From a virus (lineage: Duplodnaviria; Heunggongvirae; Uroviricota; Caudoviricetes), in the IMG/VR virus record IMGVR_UViG_2718217807_000001: a stretch of 53,623 nucleotides of DNA; one strand, given 5' to 3'. Both the position numbers and the translations under genes were made by a program. Positions within the stretch are counted from its first letter, which is position 1; the number at the start of each line of letters is the position of its first letter. Shown here in pieces: positions 35,083 through 46,100 of the stretch. A model generated the notes under the pieces. That model was not told the origin of the DNA and searched no databases. It was given only the letters and a program-made list of their open reading frames with translations.

Positions 35083-35336
35083 AAGTGACGGGTGTGACTG
35101 TGTCGCCAGCTTCGGCGTCAGTCAGAGTTGGAGCAACAACGACGCTGACTAAGACGATTGCCCCGTCAACCGCAGATGAAAAAGGTGGTACATGGACTTC
35201 AAGTAGCCCAACGATTGCAACTGTAGACGCCAATGGCGTTGTGAAGGGTGTGGCAACGGGTACTGCGAAGATTACGTTTACCACGAAAGACGGTGCGATT
35301 GTGTCCTCACAAGTCACCGTAACTGTAACCGCTTAA
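35073..35336 (+). CDS. Ig-like (Big_2) C-terminal extension of the major tail protein, reached by probable -1 frameshift
   Basis: Open -1 frame from C CCA AAG (35073-35079). VTGVTVSPASASVRVG...WTSSSPTIATVDANGVVKGVATG. Confidence 0.75.
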   Translation, partial: PKVKVTGVTVSPASASVRVGATTTLTKTIAPSTADEKGGTWTSSSPTIATVDANGVVKGVATGTAKITFTTKDGAIVSSQVTVTVTA

Positions 35337-35348
35337 TTGCAGATTTTA

Positions 35349-35373
35349 GAGGGTCAGGACGGCCCTCTGTTTT
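35349..35373 (+). terminator. Intrinsic terminator
   Basis: AGAGGG-TCAGGACGG-CCCTCT followed by GTTTT. Confidence 0.6.
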
Positions 35374-35387
35374 AAAAGGATTTTTAA

Positions 35388-35705
35388 ATGACTAAGTTAC
35401 TGGATCTGGATTCCATCCTTCCGCCTAAAAAAGAAATCAAACTGGCTGGTAAAACCTATGCCATTGCCGAAATGACCGTTGGTTTGTTTGCCAAAGTCAA
35501 AGCCTTCGAAGGTAAAGACATCGAGTCGATGTCCATGCTGGATCAGGTTGAGGCATACGCCGGTCTGGTGGCTGAGGTTATGCCAGACGTTCCGCAGGAA
35601 GTTATCAATCGCCTGAGCATTCCGCAGCTTCAGCAGATCTTCACCTTTGCCATGGAACAGGCGGATGAAGAGAACGAGGCCGCGGCCGGTGAAGAAGTAA
35701 AGTAA
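35388..35705 (+). CDS. Tail assembly chaperone (lambda G-like)
   Basis: Small acidic protein between tail tube and tape measure genes. Confidence 0.8.
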   Translation: MTKLLDLDSILPPKKEIKLAGKTYAIAEMTVGLFAKVKAFEGKDIESMSMLDQVEAYAGLVAEVMPDVPQEVINRLSIPQLQQIFTFAMEQADEENEAAAGEEVK

Positions 35706-36058
35706 TTTCCCGCGAAGAATCCGGTGTCGTTACGATCTCTATCGACTTCGGATTCTACTTCAGCCGAGTTATTGCTTATTACGCCATTTCGCCGCGAGAA
35801 GTTCTGATGCTGCCACTGGCAACCTTCTGGATGCTAAGTCGCAACATCGACCGTCTAAAAGCCGAAGACGACCTGAGAGGTTTCCAGGCGTCACGAGTGG
35901 CACAGGCGGGGGCGGAAGACGCTTCGGCGTTCATGGAGGGTTTGCAATACCGGATAGGAAGACCAGTCGTAACCGATAAAGTCTACGATCCATCGAAAGT
36001 GAAAGCAGACCCTGACGCCAAAGAGCAATTAATGGAAATCTTTGGAAGAATAGGATAA
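35699..36058 (+). CDS. Tail assembly chaperone extension (lambda T-like), probable -1 frameshift product
   Basis: The -1 frame is open from 35693 through the track ORF 35807-36058 (KVISREESGVVTISIDFGFYFSRVIAYYAISPREVLMLPLATFW...). Confidence 0.7.
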   Translation, partial: KVISREESGVVTISIDFGFYFSRVIAYYAISPREVLMLPLATFWMLSRNIDRLKAEDDLRGFQASRVAQAGAEDASAFMEGLQYRIGRPVVTDKVYDPSKVKADPDAKEQLMEIFGRIG

Positions 36059-36062
36059 GGGA

Positions 36063-39000
36063 ATGTCCGATATTGTAGATTTTAAGTTGACGTTGAATGA
36101 CAAGGAGTTTTCAACGTCAATTAAAAATGCGGGAAATCTGTTAGAGACATTTGGTAAAACGGCCTCTAACAACTCTAAAAAAATGTCATCACTCGAACGA
36201 GCTGTCAATGCGACAGGTCGTTCGTTTTCCGTTCTAAGTGTCGCCCTTGGCAAAGGCGCCGACAAAATGGAGGACTTTGCTGCCGGCACCGAACTGGCCG
36301 GTCAAAGTCTTCGCACTATCCGTGAAAACATTGCAGCTATCAACCGAAGCTTATCTGTCTTTTCTACACGAGTAGACCAGACGAGTGCAAAGGTTGGTAC
36401 GCTCACCTCCGCGCTGAAGAAGGCGCAGTCCGAACTCATGGACTTTTCCGACTTTGCGGATCACGCCGGCAAATCCGCGAAGAGATTTTCCTCTGATGCC
36501 TCAGAGATGGGCAGCACGACATCGTCACTAAACCGCCGCCTGTCAAATACCAGCAAGGTATTAGACCGATGGAAAGGAACGACTGACAAGGCCGCAGATG
36601 GTCTTAAAAACGTTCGCGACCAGATGGATGCAGTTATCGATCGTCAAAAAGCGCTTAATGGGAGGATCCTGGGCGGCGGTCGTGTAGGCGGTAGCGGCGG
36701 CGGCTCAGGTAATTCAGGTGGCCGTGGCCGCTCTGAATCAGGGCTATTCGAGGGGTTGCGTGGCAACATTTTCCTCTTAGGGGAAATTGGTGACGCGGCA
36801 CGTACAGTTAAAGATGTGTTATTCAGCTGGCAAGAGCCGCTGATTCAGGCCATGAGCAAGATGCAGAATACCCGCATCTTACTGCAGGGGCTGGAGAAGG
36901 ACGCGCAGAACCCGCAACAAGCAGCGGAAAGAGACATGAGTTACATCATGGGGCTTTCCGAAAAGGTCCACGTATCGCTAGATGCTGTGTCCGATGCCTT
37001 CGTCAAATTGAAAGCTGGTGGGATTGACCCGACAACTGGCTCGCTAAATGCACTTGTTAACTCTGTGGCTCAGTTTGGCGGAGATTCCGAAATCCTGAAG
37101 CGTGCGGCGGTTGCCATCCAGCAGATGTCCGGCAAGGGCGTTATCTCTATGGAAGAGTTGCGTCAACAGTTGGGCGAAGCCGTGCCAACTGCAATGCAGT
37201 CCATGGCAGATATGATGGGTGTCAGCATGGCGAAGCTCGTTAAAGACGTTTCTCTTGGAAGCGTTGAGGCGAAATCCGCACTGGACATGCTCTTCATCGG
37301 AATGGAGGTTGATAGCGCGGGTGCGGCTGATCGTCTTTCTCACACCTTTACGGGTGCGATGGCGCAGATGCAGACGGCGTTTATGCGCTTCTCTGACAAC
37401 ATGGCCAAAGGCGGTTATCTCGATGCGCTGACCGATAGCCTCAAGCAGTTGTCAACCTACCTGAACACGACAGAGGGTCAGCTGTTTGCCTACAACTTTG
37501 GCCAGGGCATGACGTCAATCGTGAAAACGTTGACGGATATGGCTTCATGGCTCGGGGAAAACATTGGCCTGGTAAAAACTATCGCGTCAATCGTGGGGAT
37601 GGGGTTAGGTTTTAAACTGCTGAGCACGGTCATTACCGGGACTCTCGGCACAGCTCTGGGAATGTTCTCTTCACTGAATAAATCCTTGGGTATTGCAACC
37701 AAAGCGGTTGGTGGTTTTCTTTCTGTCACTGGGCGAATTGTTCAGGATATCCGTAACTTTGGATTGTTTGCGGCTGCAGTCATTAATGTGACTGAAGCGA
37801 TTCGTGGCGCAAAAACAGCATGGCTGGCTTTCACAGCAACGTTGCAGTTCAACCCAATCATTATCGGGATTACTGCAGTGGTTGCGGTTGTAGCGCTTCT
37901 GGCGACGACGTTTGAGAGTGTCGCAGAGAAAGCCGGGGATGCGCTGGAGAAAATCAAAGCCGTCCCAGAAGCGATGGGCAAGCAGGAACAGGCTGCGCTT
38001 AACGCTCGACTGAATCAGCTGGATCAGGACGAGGCCGATTTAAAGCGTCGTCGTAGCATTTACATGTCGGCTACACCAGAACAGCAAAAAGAAATGTCGA
38101 AGGGTGAGAAATTCAACATCGACAATATCAATGCTGGGCTGAAAGATATCCAGGGGAACCGTCAGGATATTCAGAATGCGATGGGCGGAGCGGTTGTTGC
38201 CGTAGCCAGTAAAGAGATAAGCCGAAATATCCAGTCGTCGTTGAGAGATATTGATAATCAGTTCACCAAGGACGCGGCGTCTTTTTCCAATTCCGCCAAG
38301 GATTATCGAGATCGCTACAAGGATATTGAGACTGATAAGTCATTAAGCGCTGATCAGCGGGCTGCAAAACTTGAGAACCTGAACGCCGAGCGTCAGAAGA
38401 AGCTTGCTGCTGCAATGGACAAGCGTTTAGCGGGTTATCAGACTCTGGAGCAAAATCTCCAAGACCAGAAAAAGTCTGTCGAAGACCAGGTAAAGGCCAG
38501 CAACCTTACTGCCGAGCAGAAAAAAACACTCGACACTAAGAATGTTGCTCTGTCACGCCAGATTAACGATCTAAACGACAATCAGATGAAGATGGCACAG
38601 GCGGACGTTGACCGTGCAAAAGGTTCAATGACTGGCGATACGCCAAAATTGAGCACGCAGACGAAAACCGGCGACCGTATTAAGCTGATTACTGATAACG
38701 CAGGTAAGAAAGTCGGCGACTTCGTCAACTCGGACACCGGCGCCGCGCTGCGCGATCTACTCGGGAATGTTATTTCCGGCCAGAACCAGATGAGCGTTAA
38801 CCAGCGTTATCTGTCAGCTGTTGGTGGCAAGAAATTCGAAGACCTGAGTAGTTCAGAGCAGAAGTCGATTAAAAAAGGCCTTGCTGATGCTGTTAAAGCA
38901 GACCAAGCGGCCGCTAATAAGCGTCTCCAGAGCGCCAATATCGCCGCCTCTAAGCAGCAAAGTATTGATGCAATTGTGGCAAAGGCGAACCAGCAGGTCG

Positions 39001-40565
39001 TTTCTAGCGCAAACGAATTGGCTGGGCAATTAGGTCTTACGTCAAAGGCAAGCGCAGGGTTTGATGAATCGGTCAAAAAGACGCTGACTCAAATCGACAA
39101 CGCGCTGAAAGATCAGGATATCAACGGCAAGTCGTTACCGGAAGGTTCCCGGTTCTCGGCTGATCAGAAGCAACAGATGATCCGCGATCGCGACTTCATC
39201 AAGGCCAATGCGTCTGACTACTCTCAGCGTCTTGACCGTGATTCTGCAGAGCAAACGGTGTCCAAGTTCACCACGACCACTAGCGGGATTATGTCTTCGT
39301 ATGATGGCGCAAATCGCCAGGCGACGATGGCGAAGTGGCAGGAGGACTATAAGCGCGATATCAATACGTTACAGAGCTACATTGCAACAACTCAGTCTGA
39401 TGTAATGAAAGACGTGTATCAGCGCAGCCTGAAGGCCATGCAGGAAGGCGGGAACCGGGCATTCGTTGAGCAGTTTGGCACTGAAACACAGAAGATGGCT
39501 CTGGAATATGAAGATGTCGCAGGGCAGATCGAAGGTGTCTGGAGTAACGCCTTCTCCAGCATGACGGACACTATCACCAGTTTCATTATGGACGGGAAAG
39601 CTAGCTTCAGTGATTTTGCTCGTTCCATTGTCAAAGACATTGCAAGCATCATCGTGAAGTCCCAGATTACTGCGCCGATCATGAACATGATGGGGATGGG
39701 GACTAACGGTACGGGCAGCACCGGAAATGTCGCGGGAGCAATGCTGAATCAGGGCGTTAGTCTTGTGGCCGGTGGTGGCAAGTCTAGTGTGAATAATGGC
39801 GACAAGTCGATCGGTCAGTCAGCGAAAGAGACCAGCGTCGGCATGAGTCAAATGAGCACGGCGACGGAAAACGCAAACAGCGGATTGTCTGGCATGGTTT
39901 CCAGCGCCTGGGATTCAACGAAGTCACTGTTTGGTCTCGGCACTGCGACCGGCAATCAGACGAAAGCGATCAGCTCAAATATCCTGAGCATGAACAATCT
40001 GTCGTCGGTAGCTGGTGGCCTGGCCGCTGTATTTGCGTCGATGGGGGCAGGGTCGAACTCGACAAAGGGGCGCTGGCTTAACTTCGGTATGTCCATGGTC
40101 TCGGCGGCAACGTCCGTTTGGGCGGGCAGCATGGCCAATAGTGGTGGCAGTGACAGCGGTGGTAGCGGAGGCAGCGGTGGTGCAGTGGCTCACGCAAATG
40201 GAGGGATTTTTGGGCCAAAAGGAGTGGTTCCATTAAAAACTTACTCCAAGGGCGGTATTGCCACCACACCTCAACTCGCTCTGTTTGGTGAAGGTCGTCA
40301 GAACGAGGCGTATGTTCCGCTGCCAGACGGTCGCTCTATTCCTGTAACTATGACCGGCGGAATGACAGGCGGTTCAACAGTGGCGCCAGTCGCTATCAAT
40401 ATCAGCGTTAATTCTGATGGTTCCAGCTCAACGTCTGGCTCAGACAGCGACAGTAGCGGTTGGAATGATGCGGCTCAGAGGATTAAGAATATTGTCCTCG
40501 ACACGATCACCCAAGAAAAGCGCCCCGGTGGTTCTCTCAATAAGAACACCAACGGCAACCGATAA
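36063..40565 (+). CDS. Tape measure protein
   Basis: 1500 aa, helical. Tape-measure domain AIQQMSGKGVISMEELRQQLGE; lambda H-like C-terminus HANGG...LFGEG..NEAYVPL. Confidence 0.92.
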   Translation: MSDIVDFKLTLNDKEFSTSIKNAGNLLETFGKTASNNSKKMSSLERAVNATGRSFSVLSVALGKGADKMEDFAAGTELAGQSLRTIRENIAAINRSLSVFSTRVDQTSAKVGTLTSALKKAQSELMDFSDFADHAGKSAKRFSSDASEMGSTTSSLNRRLSNTSKVLDRWKGTTDKAADGLKNVRDQMDAVIDRQKALNGRILGGGRVGGSGGGSGNSGGRGRSESGLFEGLRGNIFLLGEIGDAARTVKDVLFSWQEPLIQAMSKMQNTRILLQGLEKDAQNPQQAAERDMSYIMGLSEKVHVSLDAVSDAFVKLKAGGIDPTTGSLNALVNSVAQFGGDSEILKRAAVAIQQMSGKGVISMEELRQQLGEAVPTAMQSMADMMGVSMAKLVKDVSLGSVEAKSALDMLFIGMEVDSAGAADRLSHTFTGAMAQMQTAFMRFSDNMAKGGYLDALTDSLKQLSTYLNTTEGQLFAYNFGQGMTSIVKTLTDMASWLGENIGLVKTIASIVGMGLGFKLLSTVITGTLGTALGMFSSLNKSLGIATKAVGGFLSVTGRIVQDIRNFGLFAAAVINVTEAIRGAKTAWLAFTATLQFNPIIIGITAVVAVVALLATTFESVAEKAGDALEKIKAVPEAMGKQEQAALNARLNQLDQDEADLKRRRSIYMSATPEQQKEMSKGEKFNIDNINAGLKDIQGNRQDIQNAMGGAVVAVASKEISRNIQSSLRDIDNQFTKDAASFSNSAKDYRDRYKDIETDKSLSADQRAAKLENLNAERQKKLAAAMDKRLAGYQTLEQNLQDQKKSVEDQVKASNLTAEQKKTLDTKNVALSRQINDLNDNQMKMAQADVDRAKGSMTGDTPKLSTQTKTGDRIKLITDNAGKKVGDFVNSDTGAALRDLLGNVISGQNQMSVNQRYLSAVGGKKFEDLSSSEQKSIKKGLADAVKADQAAANKRLQSANIAASKQQSIDAIVAKANQQVVSSANELAGQLGLTSKASAGFDESVKKTLTQIDNALKDQDINGKSLPEGSRFSADQKQQMIRDRDFIKANASDYSQRLDRDSAEQTVSKFTTTTSGIMSSYDGANRQATMAKWQEDYKRDINTLQSYIATTQSDVMKDVYQRSLKAMQEGGNRAFVEQFGTETQKMALEYEDVAGQIEGVWSNAFSSMTDTITSFIMDGKASFSDFARSIVKDIASIIVKSQITAPIMNMMGMGTNGTGSTGNVAGAMLNQGVSLVAGGGKSSVNNGDKSIGQSAKETSVGMSQMSTATENANSGLSGMVSSAWDSTKSLFGLGTATGNQTKAISSNILSMNNLSSVAGGLAAVFASMGAGSNSTKGRWLNFGMSMVSAATSVWAGSMANSGGSDSGGSGGSGGAVAHANGGIFGPKGVVPLKTYSKGGIATTPQLALFGEGRQNEAYVPLPDGRSIPVTMTGGMTGGSTVAPVAINISVNSDGSSSTSGSDSDSSGWNDAAQRIKNIVLDTITQEKRPGGSLNKNTNGNR

Positions 40566-40573
40566 CAAAAATA

Positions 40574-40597
40574 CTGCCTACAGGACGTAGGCAGTTT
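40574..40597 (+). terminator. Stem-loop after the tape measure gene
   Basis: ACTGCCTAC-AGGAC-GTAGGCAGT followed by TT. Confidence 0.6.
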
Positions 40598-40611
40598 CTC
40601 AAGGAAGAGAA

Positions 40612-40947
40612 ATGGCTAGACAAACATTCACCTGGTTCCCTGACTTCGAGTCTGAGAAAACCATAAAGCCTGAAGTTACTGTCCTGAAATTTGGCGACGA
40701 CTACGAGCAGCGCCAGTCACAGGGTTTAAACCGCATAAAAGAAGAATGGTCTCTGACCTTCCGACAGCCTTACGCGATCGGCAATGCCATTGACGATTTC
40801 TTGATGGCGCGAGGGGCGGTAGAGTCGTTCTTCTGGACAACACCCCGCAATAAAAAAATTATCTGCGTGTGTGATTCCCATACTGTTAAGCGGTATCCAG
40901 GGTACTTGGAGATCACTTGTACCCTTAGACAAGTTTTTGAGGCTTGA
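40612..40947 (+). CDS. Minor tail protein (lambda M-like distal tail)
   Basis: VTVLKFGDDYEQR...GLN and FLMARGAVESFFWTTP. Confidence 0.88.
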   Translation: MARQTFTWFPDFESEKTIKPEVTVLKFGDDYEQRQSQGLNRIKEEWSLTFRQPYAIGNAIDDFLMARGAVESFFWTTPRNKKIICVCDSHTVKRYPGYLEITCTLRQVFEA

Positions 40948-40995
40948 TAAGTAAGTGTTTACTTATTAATATAAGGTTTTGTTTCGCACTCAAGG

Positions 40996-41700
40996 ATGAG
41001 TATGAGTATTCGCACGGAAATTCAAGGGTTGTCACCCTCCGCGGTTATCGAGCTTTTTGAGCTTGATATGGCCGTGACAACTTCAGGCGGGAAGAGCTTC
41101 TTCCACGCAGGAACGAACAAACTCGGCACGTCTGTAATCTGGCAGGGGGTCGAGTATAAGCCGTGGCCGATTAAAGCCAGCGGTTTCGATAAAACAGGCT
41201 CCGGGACATTGCCCCGACCGAAGCTTGTTGTCTCTAACTATGGGGGCGCAATCTCGGCCGAAGTTCTCGCAAATGATGATCTGGTTGGTTGCACCATCAC
41301 TCGCCGGCGCACGCTGGTGCGTTTTCTTGATGCTTCTAACTTTACTGCTGGAAACCCCACCGCCGACGCCTCTCAGCACTTCCCGGACGAAATATGGTTC
41401 GTGGAACAGAAGACGTTAGAAACCAAAGAGAGCGTTGAATTTGAGCTATCCAGTGTTTTTGACCTGATGGGGGTTCAGCTGCCCGCGCGTCAGATCATCA
41501 AAAACAGCTGCCCGTGGAATTATCGTGGCGCGGAGTGTGGGTACAGCGGTCCGTATTTCGACAAGGACAACAATCAAACCTCTAAGTTGAGCGACGACTA
41601 CTGCACTAAGCGACTGGATGCGTGCAAGGCAAGGAAGAACTTCTTTGCCAACGGGGTGATTGCGTTTGGCGGGTTTCCGGGGGCCACACGTGTTTCGTGA
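40996..41700 (+). CDS. Minor tail protein L-like
   Basis: WQGVEYKPWPIKASGF, LPRPKL, CPWNYRGAECGY and CTKRLDACKAR...FGGFPG. Confidence 0.9.
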   Translation: MSMSIRTEIQGLSPSAVIELFELDMAVTTSGGKSFFHAGTNKLGTSVIWQGVEYKPWPIKASGFDKTGSGTLPRPKLVVSNYGGAISAEVLANDDLVGCTITRRRTLVRFLDASNFTAGNPTADASQHFPDEIWFVEQKTLETKESVEFELSSVFDLMGVQLPARQIIKNSCPWNYRGAECGYSGPYFDKDNNQTSKLSDDYCTKRLDACKARKNFFANGVIAFGGFPGATRVS

Positions 41701-42493
41701 TATTGAATCGATCGGCGGCTCACTGTTCACGCAGTCGCTGTATCAGTGCGCAATTGCCCGTTACCCGAATGAAGCGTGCGGTTTCATTGTCCAGACGACG
41801 GAGAAAAAGTATCGCTTTATTGAAGCGAGAAACGTCTCTGAAGACCCGGTCAATGAGTTCGTTATGCATCACGAAGATGTGATTGCTGCTGAAGACGAAG
41901 GTGAGGTTGTTGCAATCTGGCATAGCCACACTGACCGTTCCCCGAATCCCTCGGACGCTGATCGTGCCGGCTGCGAAGCGACTGAACTGCCATGGCTAAT
42001 TCTTTCCGTCACAAAGAACCTGAACCCGGACATTGAGGCCGAGTTCCGTTTAAGCGAGATGGAAGTAATTACGCCGGGTGGTTTCGAGATGCCGTACACC
42101 GGTCGCCCTTATGTCTTTGGCATTTTCGATTGCTGGATGCTGTGTCGTGACTACCTGAAGCGAGAGTTCGACGTCGAGATTAATGCCAATGCCCACCTGC
42201 ATATTCCGTCATGGTATCTGGGCGACGAAGACATTCTCGATCTGAATTATCGCAACGAAAATCTCGTCCGCCTGGCGCCTAGGGAAGAGCCGCGGAAAGG
42301 CGACATCTTCTTTATCCAGTACGGAAAGATGCCAGATCACTGCGCTGTTTATGTCGGTGACAACCGGATCCTGCATCACCAGATTGACCGTTTAAGTGGC
42401 CACGCCACCTACGGCGGCATGTATCAGAAAAATACGACGCATCATTTGCGCCATCAGGCGTTATTAACAGGGAATGAAAAATGTCTGAATTAG
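41690..42493 (+). CDS. Tail assembly protein K-like (JAB + NlpC/P60)
   Basis: YPNEACG, WHSHT...PSDADR, FDCWMLCRDY and HCAVY..LHH. The GTG start is uncertain. Confidence 0.88.
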   Translation: MFRDIESIGGSLFTQSLYQCAIARYPNEACGFIVQTTEKKYRFIEARNVSEDPVNEFVMHHEDVIAAEDEGEVVAIWHSHTDRSPNPSDADRAGCEATELPWLILSVTKNLNPDIEAEFRLSEMEVITPGGFEMPYTGRPYVFGIFDCWMLCRDYLKREFDVEINANAHLHIPSWYLGDEDILDLNYRNENLVRLAPREEPRKGDIFFIQYGKMPDHCAVYVGDNRILHHQIDRLSGHATYGGMYQKNTTHHLRHQALLTGNEKCLN

Positions 42494-43092
42494 TTCATGT
42501 TCAGCTCGGCGGAGCGCTGGCAAAGCGTTTCGGCCGTCACTGGCATCTTCGCGCGTCCAATGCCGCGCAAGCCATCAATCTGATTGACGCAAATAAGCCG
42601 GGCCTTGGCGCCTGGATTCGTCGCAACGCTAATGCCTACGACCGCTATCACGTTCAGATCACCACTAAAAGCGGCGTCACATGGTCGGTTGACGAAACCG
42701 AATACATGATGCGCGGCGCGAGTAAAGACGTTGAGAAGATCCGCATTACACCTATCCCGAAAGGACGAGGCGGGAACGCTCTTGGCTATGTGCAGGTCGT
42801 GGTAGGCGCGGTGATGGTTGCCGTTGGCGCATTAGCCTCGGGGATTACTGCTGGCACATCAACAGCGCTAATCGGCGCCGGTATGAGTTTGATGATGGGT
42901 GGCCTTGCCCAAATCCTCTCGCCTCAAGCCAAAAACCCGGAAGTAAGACAGGCGGATAACTCCGACTCGTTCTATTTCGACGGGCCACAAAACACAACTA
43001 ACCAAGGAAACCCGGTCCAGCTGAACTACGGCGAAGAAATTCTCGTTGGTTCTCAGATCGCAAGTTCCTCTATCACGATTGACCAGATTTAA
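42481..43092 (+). CDS. Tail assembly protein I-like
   Basis: VQLGGALAKRFGR and YFDGPQNTTNQGNPVQLNYGEEILVGSQIAS. Confidence 0.88.
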   Translation: MSELVHVQLGGALAKRFGRHWHLRASNAAQAINLIDANKPGLGAWIRRNANAYDRYHVQITTKSGVTWSVDETEYMMRGASKDVEKIRITPIPKGRGGNALGYVQVVVGAVMVAVGALASGITAGTSTALIGAGMSLMMGGLAQILSPQAKNPEVRQADNSDSFYFDGPQNTTNQGNPVQLNYGEEILVGSQIASSSITIDQI

Positions 43093-43103
43093 CGGTGGGA
43101 TGC

Positions 43104-46100
43104 ATGGAAGCTTCAGTTTTTAAAAAATCCCGTCTTTCTCAACTCGTCGCTCATGGTCTGATTATCTCAGGCCGTGGTGGCAGTAAAGGAGGCGGTAGCG
43201 CAAGAACGCCAGTAGAGGCCAATGACACGGTAAATAGCCGTGCTATGGCTTCTGTACTGGATTTATTGGGGGAGGGTGTTGTCGGTGGTCTGGTTGATGG
43301 TGCGAAATCCATTTTCCTGAACGACACGCCGCTTCAGAACGCTGACGGTTCCTATAACTTCAGCGGTGTGACCTGGTGGTTCCGGGACGGCTCTCAGGAT
43401 CAGACTGTTATCGATGGCTTCGACTTCATCGAGACGCCAAAGTCGGTTGGGATGCAGCTGAAGCAAACGAGCCAGGTTAACGTTTCTCTGGACTCCGCTG
43501 ACAGCGATCGTGTTCGCGTTGTTATGAAATTCCCGTCACTTCGCAAAATCGACAAGAAAAACGGAGATACAAACGGCACAACCGTTCAGTACAAATTCCA
43601 GATTGATTCGGGAAATGGAAAAGGTTTTGTTGATGCGATAGCCGAAGGCGAAGACGCGTCGATCATTACTTTGACCGCCAAAAAGACAGGCGTTTATTAC
43701 CGCAGCTATGTGTTTGATTTGCCGAAGCCGGCCAAATCCTACACGTTGCGTGCAATTCGTCTGACCGAAGACCATAAAGACGACAGCTATTTGTACGACG
43801 ACACCTACATCGATTCTATTGGTGAAATCGTCAACACCAGCCTGAACTATCCGAACTCTGTTCTGGCTGGCCTGAAAATCAACTCAGAGCAATTCGGCTC
43901 GTCTATGCCGACTCGTTCATACCTGATTAAAGGTATGAAGATCCGCGTACCGTCAAACTACAACGCTGACACCAATACCTACGACGGCAATTGGGATGGC
44001 ACGTTTAAGCTGGCATCAACTTCTAACCCGGCATGGATCCTTTTTGACCTGTTAACGAATACCCGTTATGGCTTAGGCGAGTTCGTTAAAGAGTCAATGA
44101 TAATCATTGGCGAGTTGTATCAGATCGGCCGCTACTGTGATGCGTTCGTTGATGATGGCTTCGGTAGCCAAGAGAAGCGTTTCGCTATCAACACCCAGAT
44201 TACCAGTCGCCAAGATGCTTATCGCGTCGTGCAGGACATCGCAGGGGCATTCCGTGGCATGGTTTATTGGGCTGGTGGCATGGTTCACGTCACGCAGGAT
44301 TCCCCAGCTGACCCGGTGATGCTGTTCTCTAACAGCAACGTGGTTAACGGCTCTTTCGTCTACAAAGGCTCGGCCCGAAAAGACCGCTATTCCGTTGCAC
44401 TCATCACCTACAACAACAAGGAAGATGGCTACAAGCAAAGTGTAGAGTACGTTGAAGACCAGGAGGCAATTAAGCGATACGGCATCCGTAAAACCGAATC
44501 CGTCGCCTTTGGTTGTACTTCACGGGGCCAGGCTCACCGTGTTGGTCTCTGGACGCTTTACACGTCCCGCATGGAGTCCGATGTTATCACTTACTCTGTA
44601 GGCATGGATTCAGTATTCCTGATGCCTGGTGATGTGGTTCTTATCGCTGATAAATTCCGTGCTGGAAGACGCAACAGCGGCCGAATCACTGGATATACTG
44701 CTAACAGCGTTAAGCTGGATTCGCCTGTAGATTTGACGTCCGTCGGAAATCACATCACCTTCCTGAGTTCAGAGGGTAAGATGGTTGAGCGTGACATTCT
44801 GGAAAATGGTAAGAATGTTTCCACTGTGACGTTTAAAACCGCCCTCACATCGGCAGAAACGCCCGTTGCTGATGCTGTATGGGTAATCGCACAACCTGAT
44901 CTGGTTCCGCTTCAGGCACGCGTCGTGAGCGTTGCTGAAGGCACGGACGGGACGTCGTTTAACATTACGGCCATCCAGAACAATCCGACCAAATACGAAG
45001 CCATCGACAACGGCGCACAGCTGATCCCGCAAAATACAACTGTCCTCGATCCGACTTTCTCAAAGCCGTCCGGTCTGACAGTGACAGAAGGTACTTACCT
45101 GTCTTCTCCGGGCAACTTGTCCGTATCGTTAACTGCCGCGTGGCAGGGGAAATCAGCACAGTATTATGTCAGCTGGCGCCGCTCTGACGCTGGTAACGTT
45201 TCTAACTGGCAATCCCAGCGCGTCACTGAAGAGCAATTCGAACTCCGTGGTGTCGCTGAAGACGGGCAGTACGATTTTCAGGTGTACGCTGTTTCCGTTG
45301 GGGGCAGGAAGACTGATCCTATCAGCATCACCTACAAAGTGCTTGGCACACTGTCAGCTCCAGCTGCACCTACTGGCTTGACCGCTGTAGGCGACTACCG
45401 TTCAATCGTTTTGAATTGGATCAACCCGTCTTCTGTGGACTTAGACCACATTGAGGTGCTGGCGTCCAAGATTAACGATAAGGCAAAAGCTCAGGTCATC
45501 GCAAAAGTTAGCGGGACGACGTTTAGCCATAACGGTCTTGAAGATTCTGCCACCTGGTATTATTGGGTACGCGCAGCCAACAAACGCGGGATGCTCAGCG
45601 CTCTAAACTCGTCTCTTGCAACAACCGCAACGACGCGTGATGTACTTTCGTTCCTGAAGAACAAAATCACGGAGTCAGAGCTGGGCAAGGATCTGATTGC
45701 TGACATAGACAGCAAGGCTGTTGCCGTTGAGGTTGACGCCGCAATCGACGAAGCCAAAAGCCAGGCAACTTCCCAGGTTAATGACGCTCGTACTGAGTCC
45801 GCCAATGCGGTCAGTGATGCGAAAAAAACGCTGAACTCCGCGATCAACAAAGAGATAACGGATCGAGCAAGTGCAGTGGCGGACGAGGCCAGTAAACGTG
45901 CTCAGGCTGTTTCTAATGAGACGTCTGCAAGGATTAAGGCTGTTTCAGACGAAGCAACCGCCCGCGCTGCTGCAATCTCTGGTGAGGCTGACGCTCGTAA
46001 CAAAGCAATTTCAGACGAGGCCTCAGCGCGAGCTAAAGCGGTGTCTGATGAGGCCATTGCCCGCGCCTCTGCCATTTCTGACTCTGTAGCAGTTGAGGCT

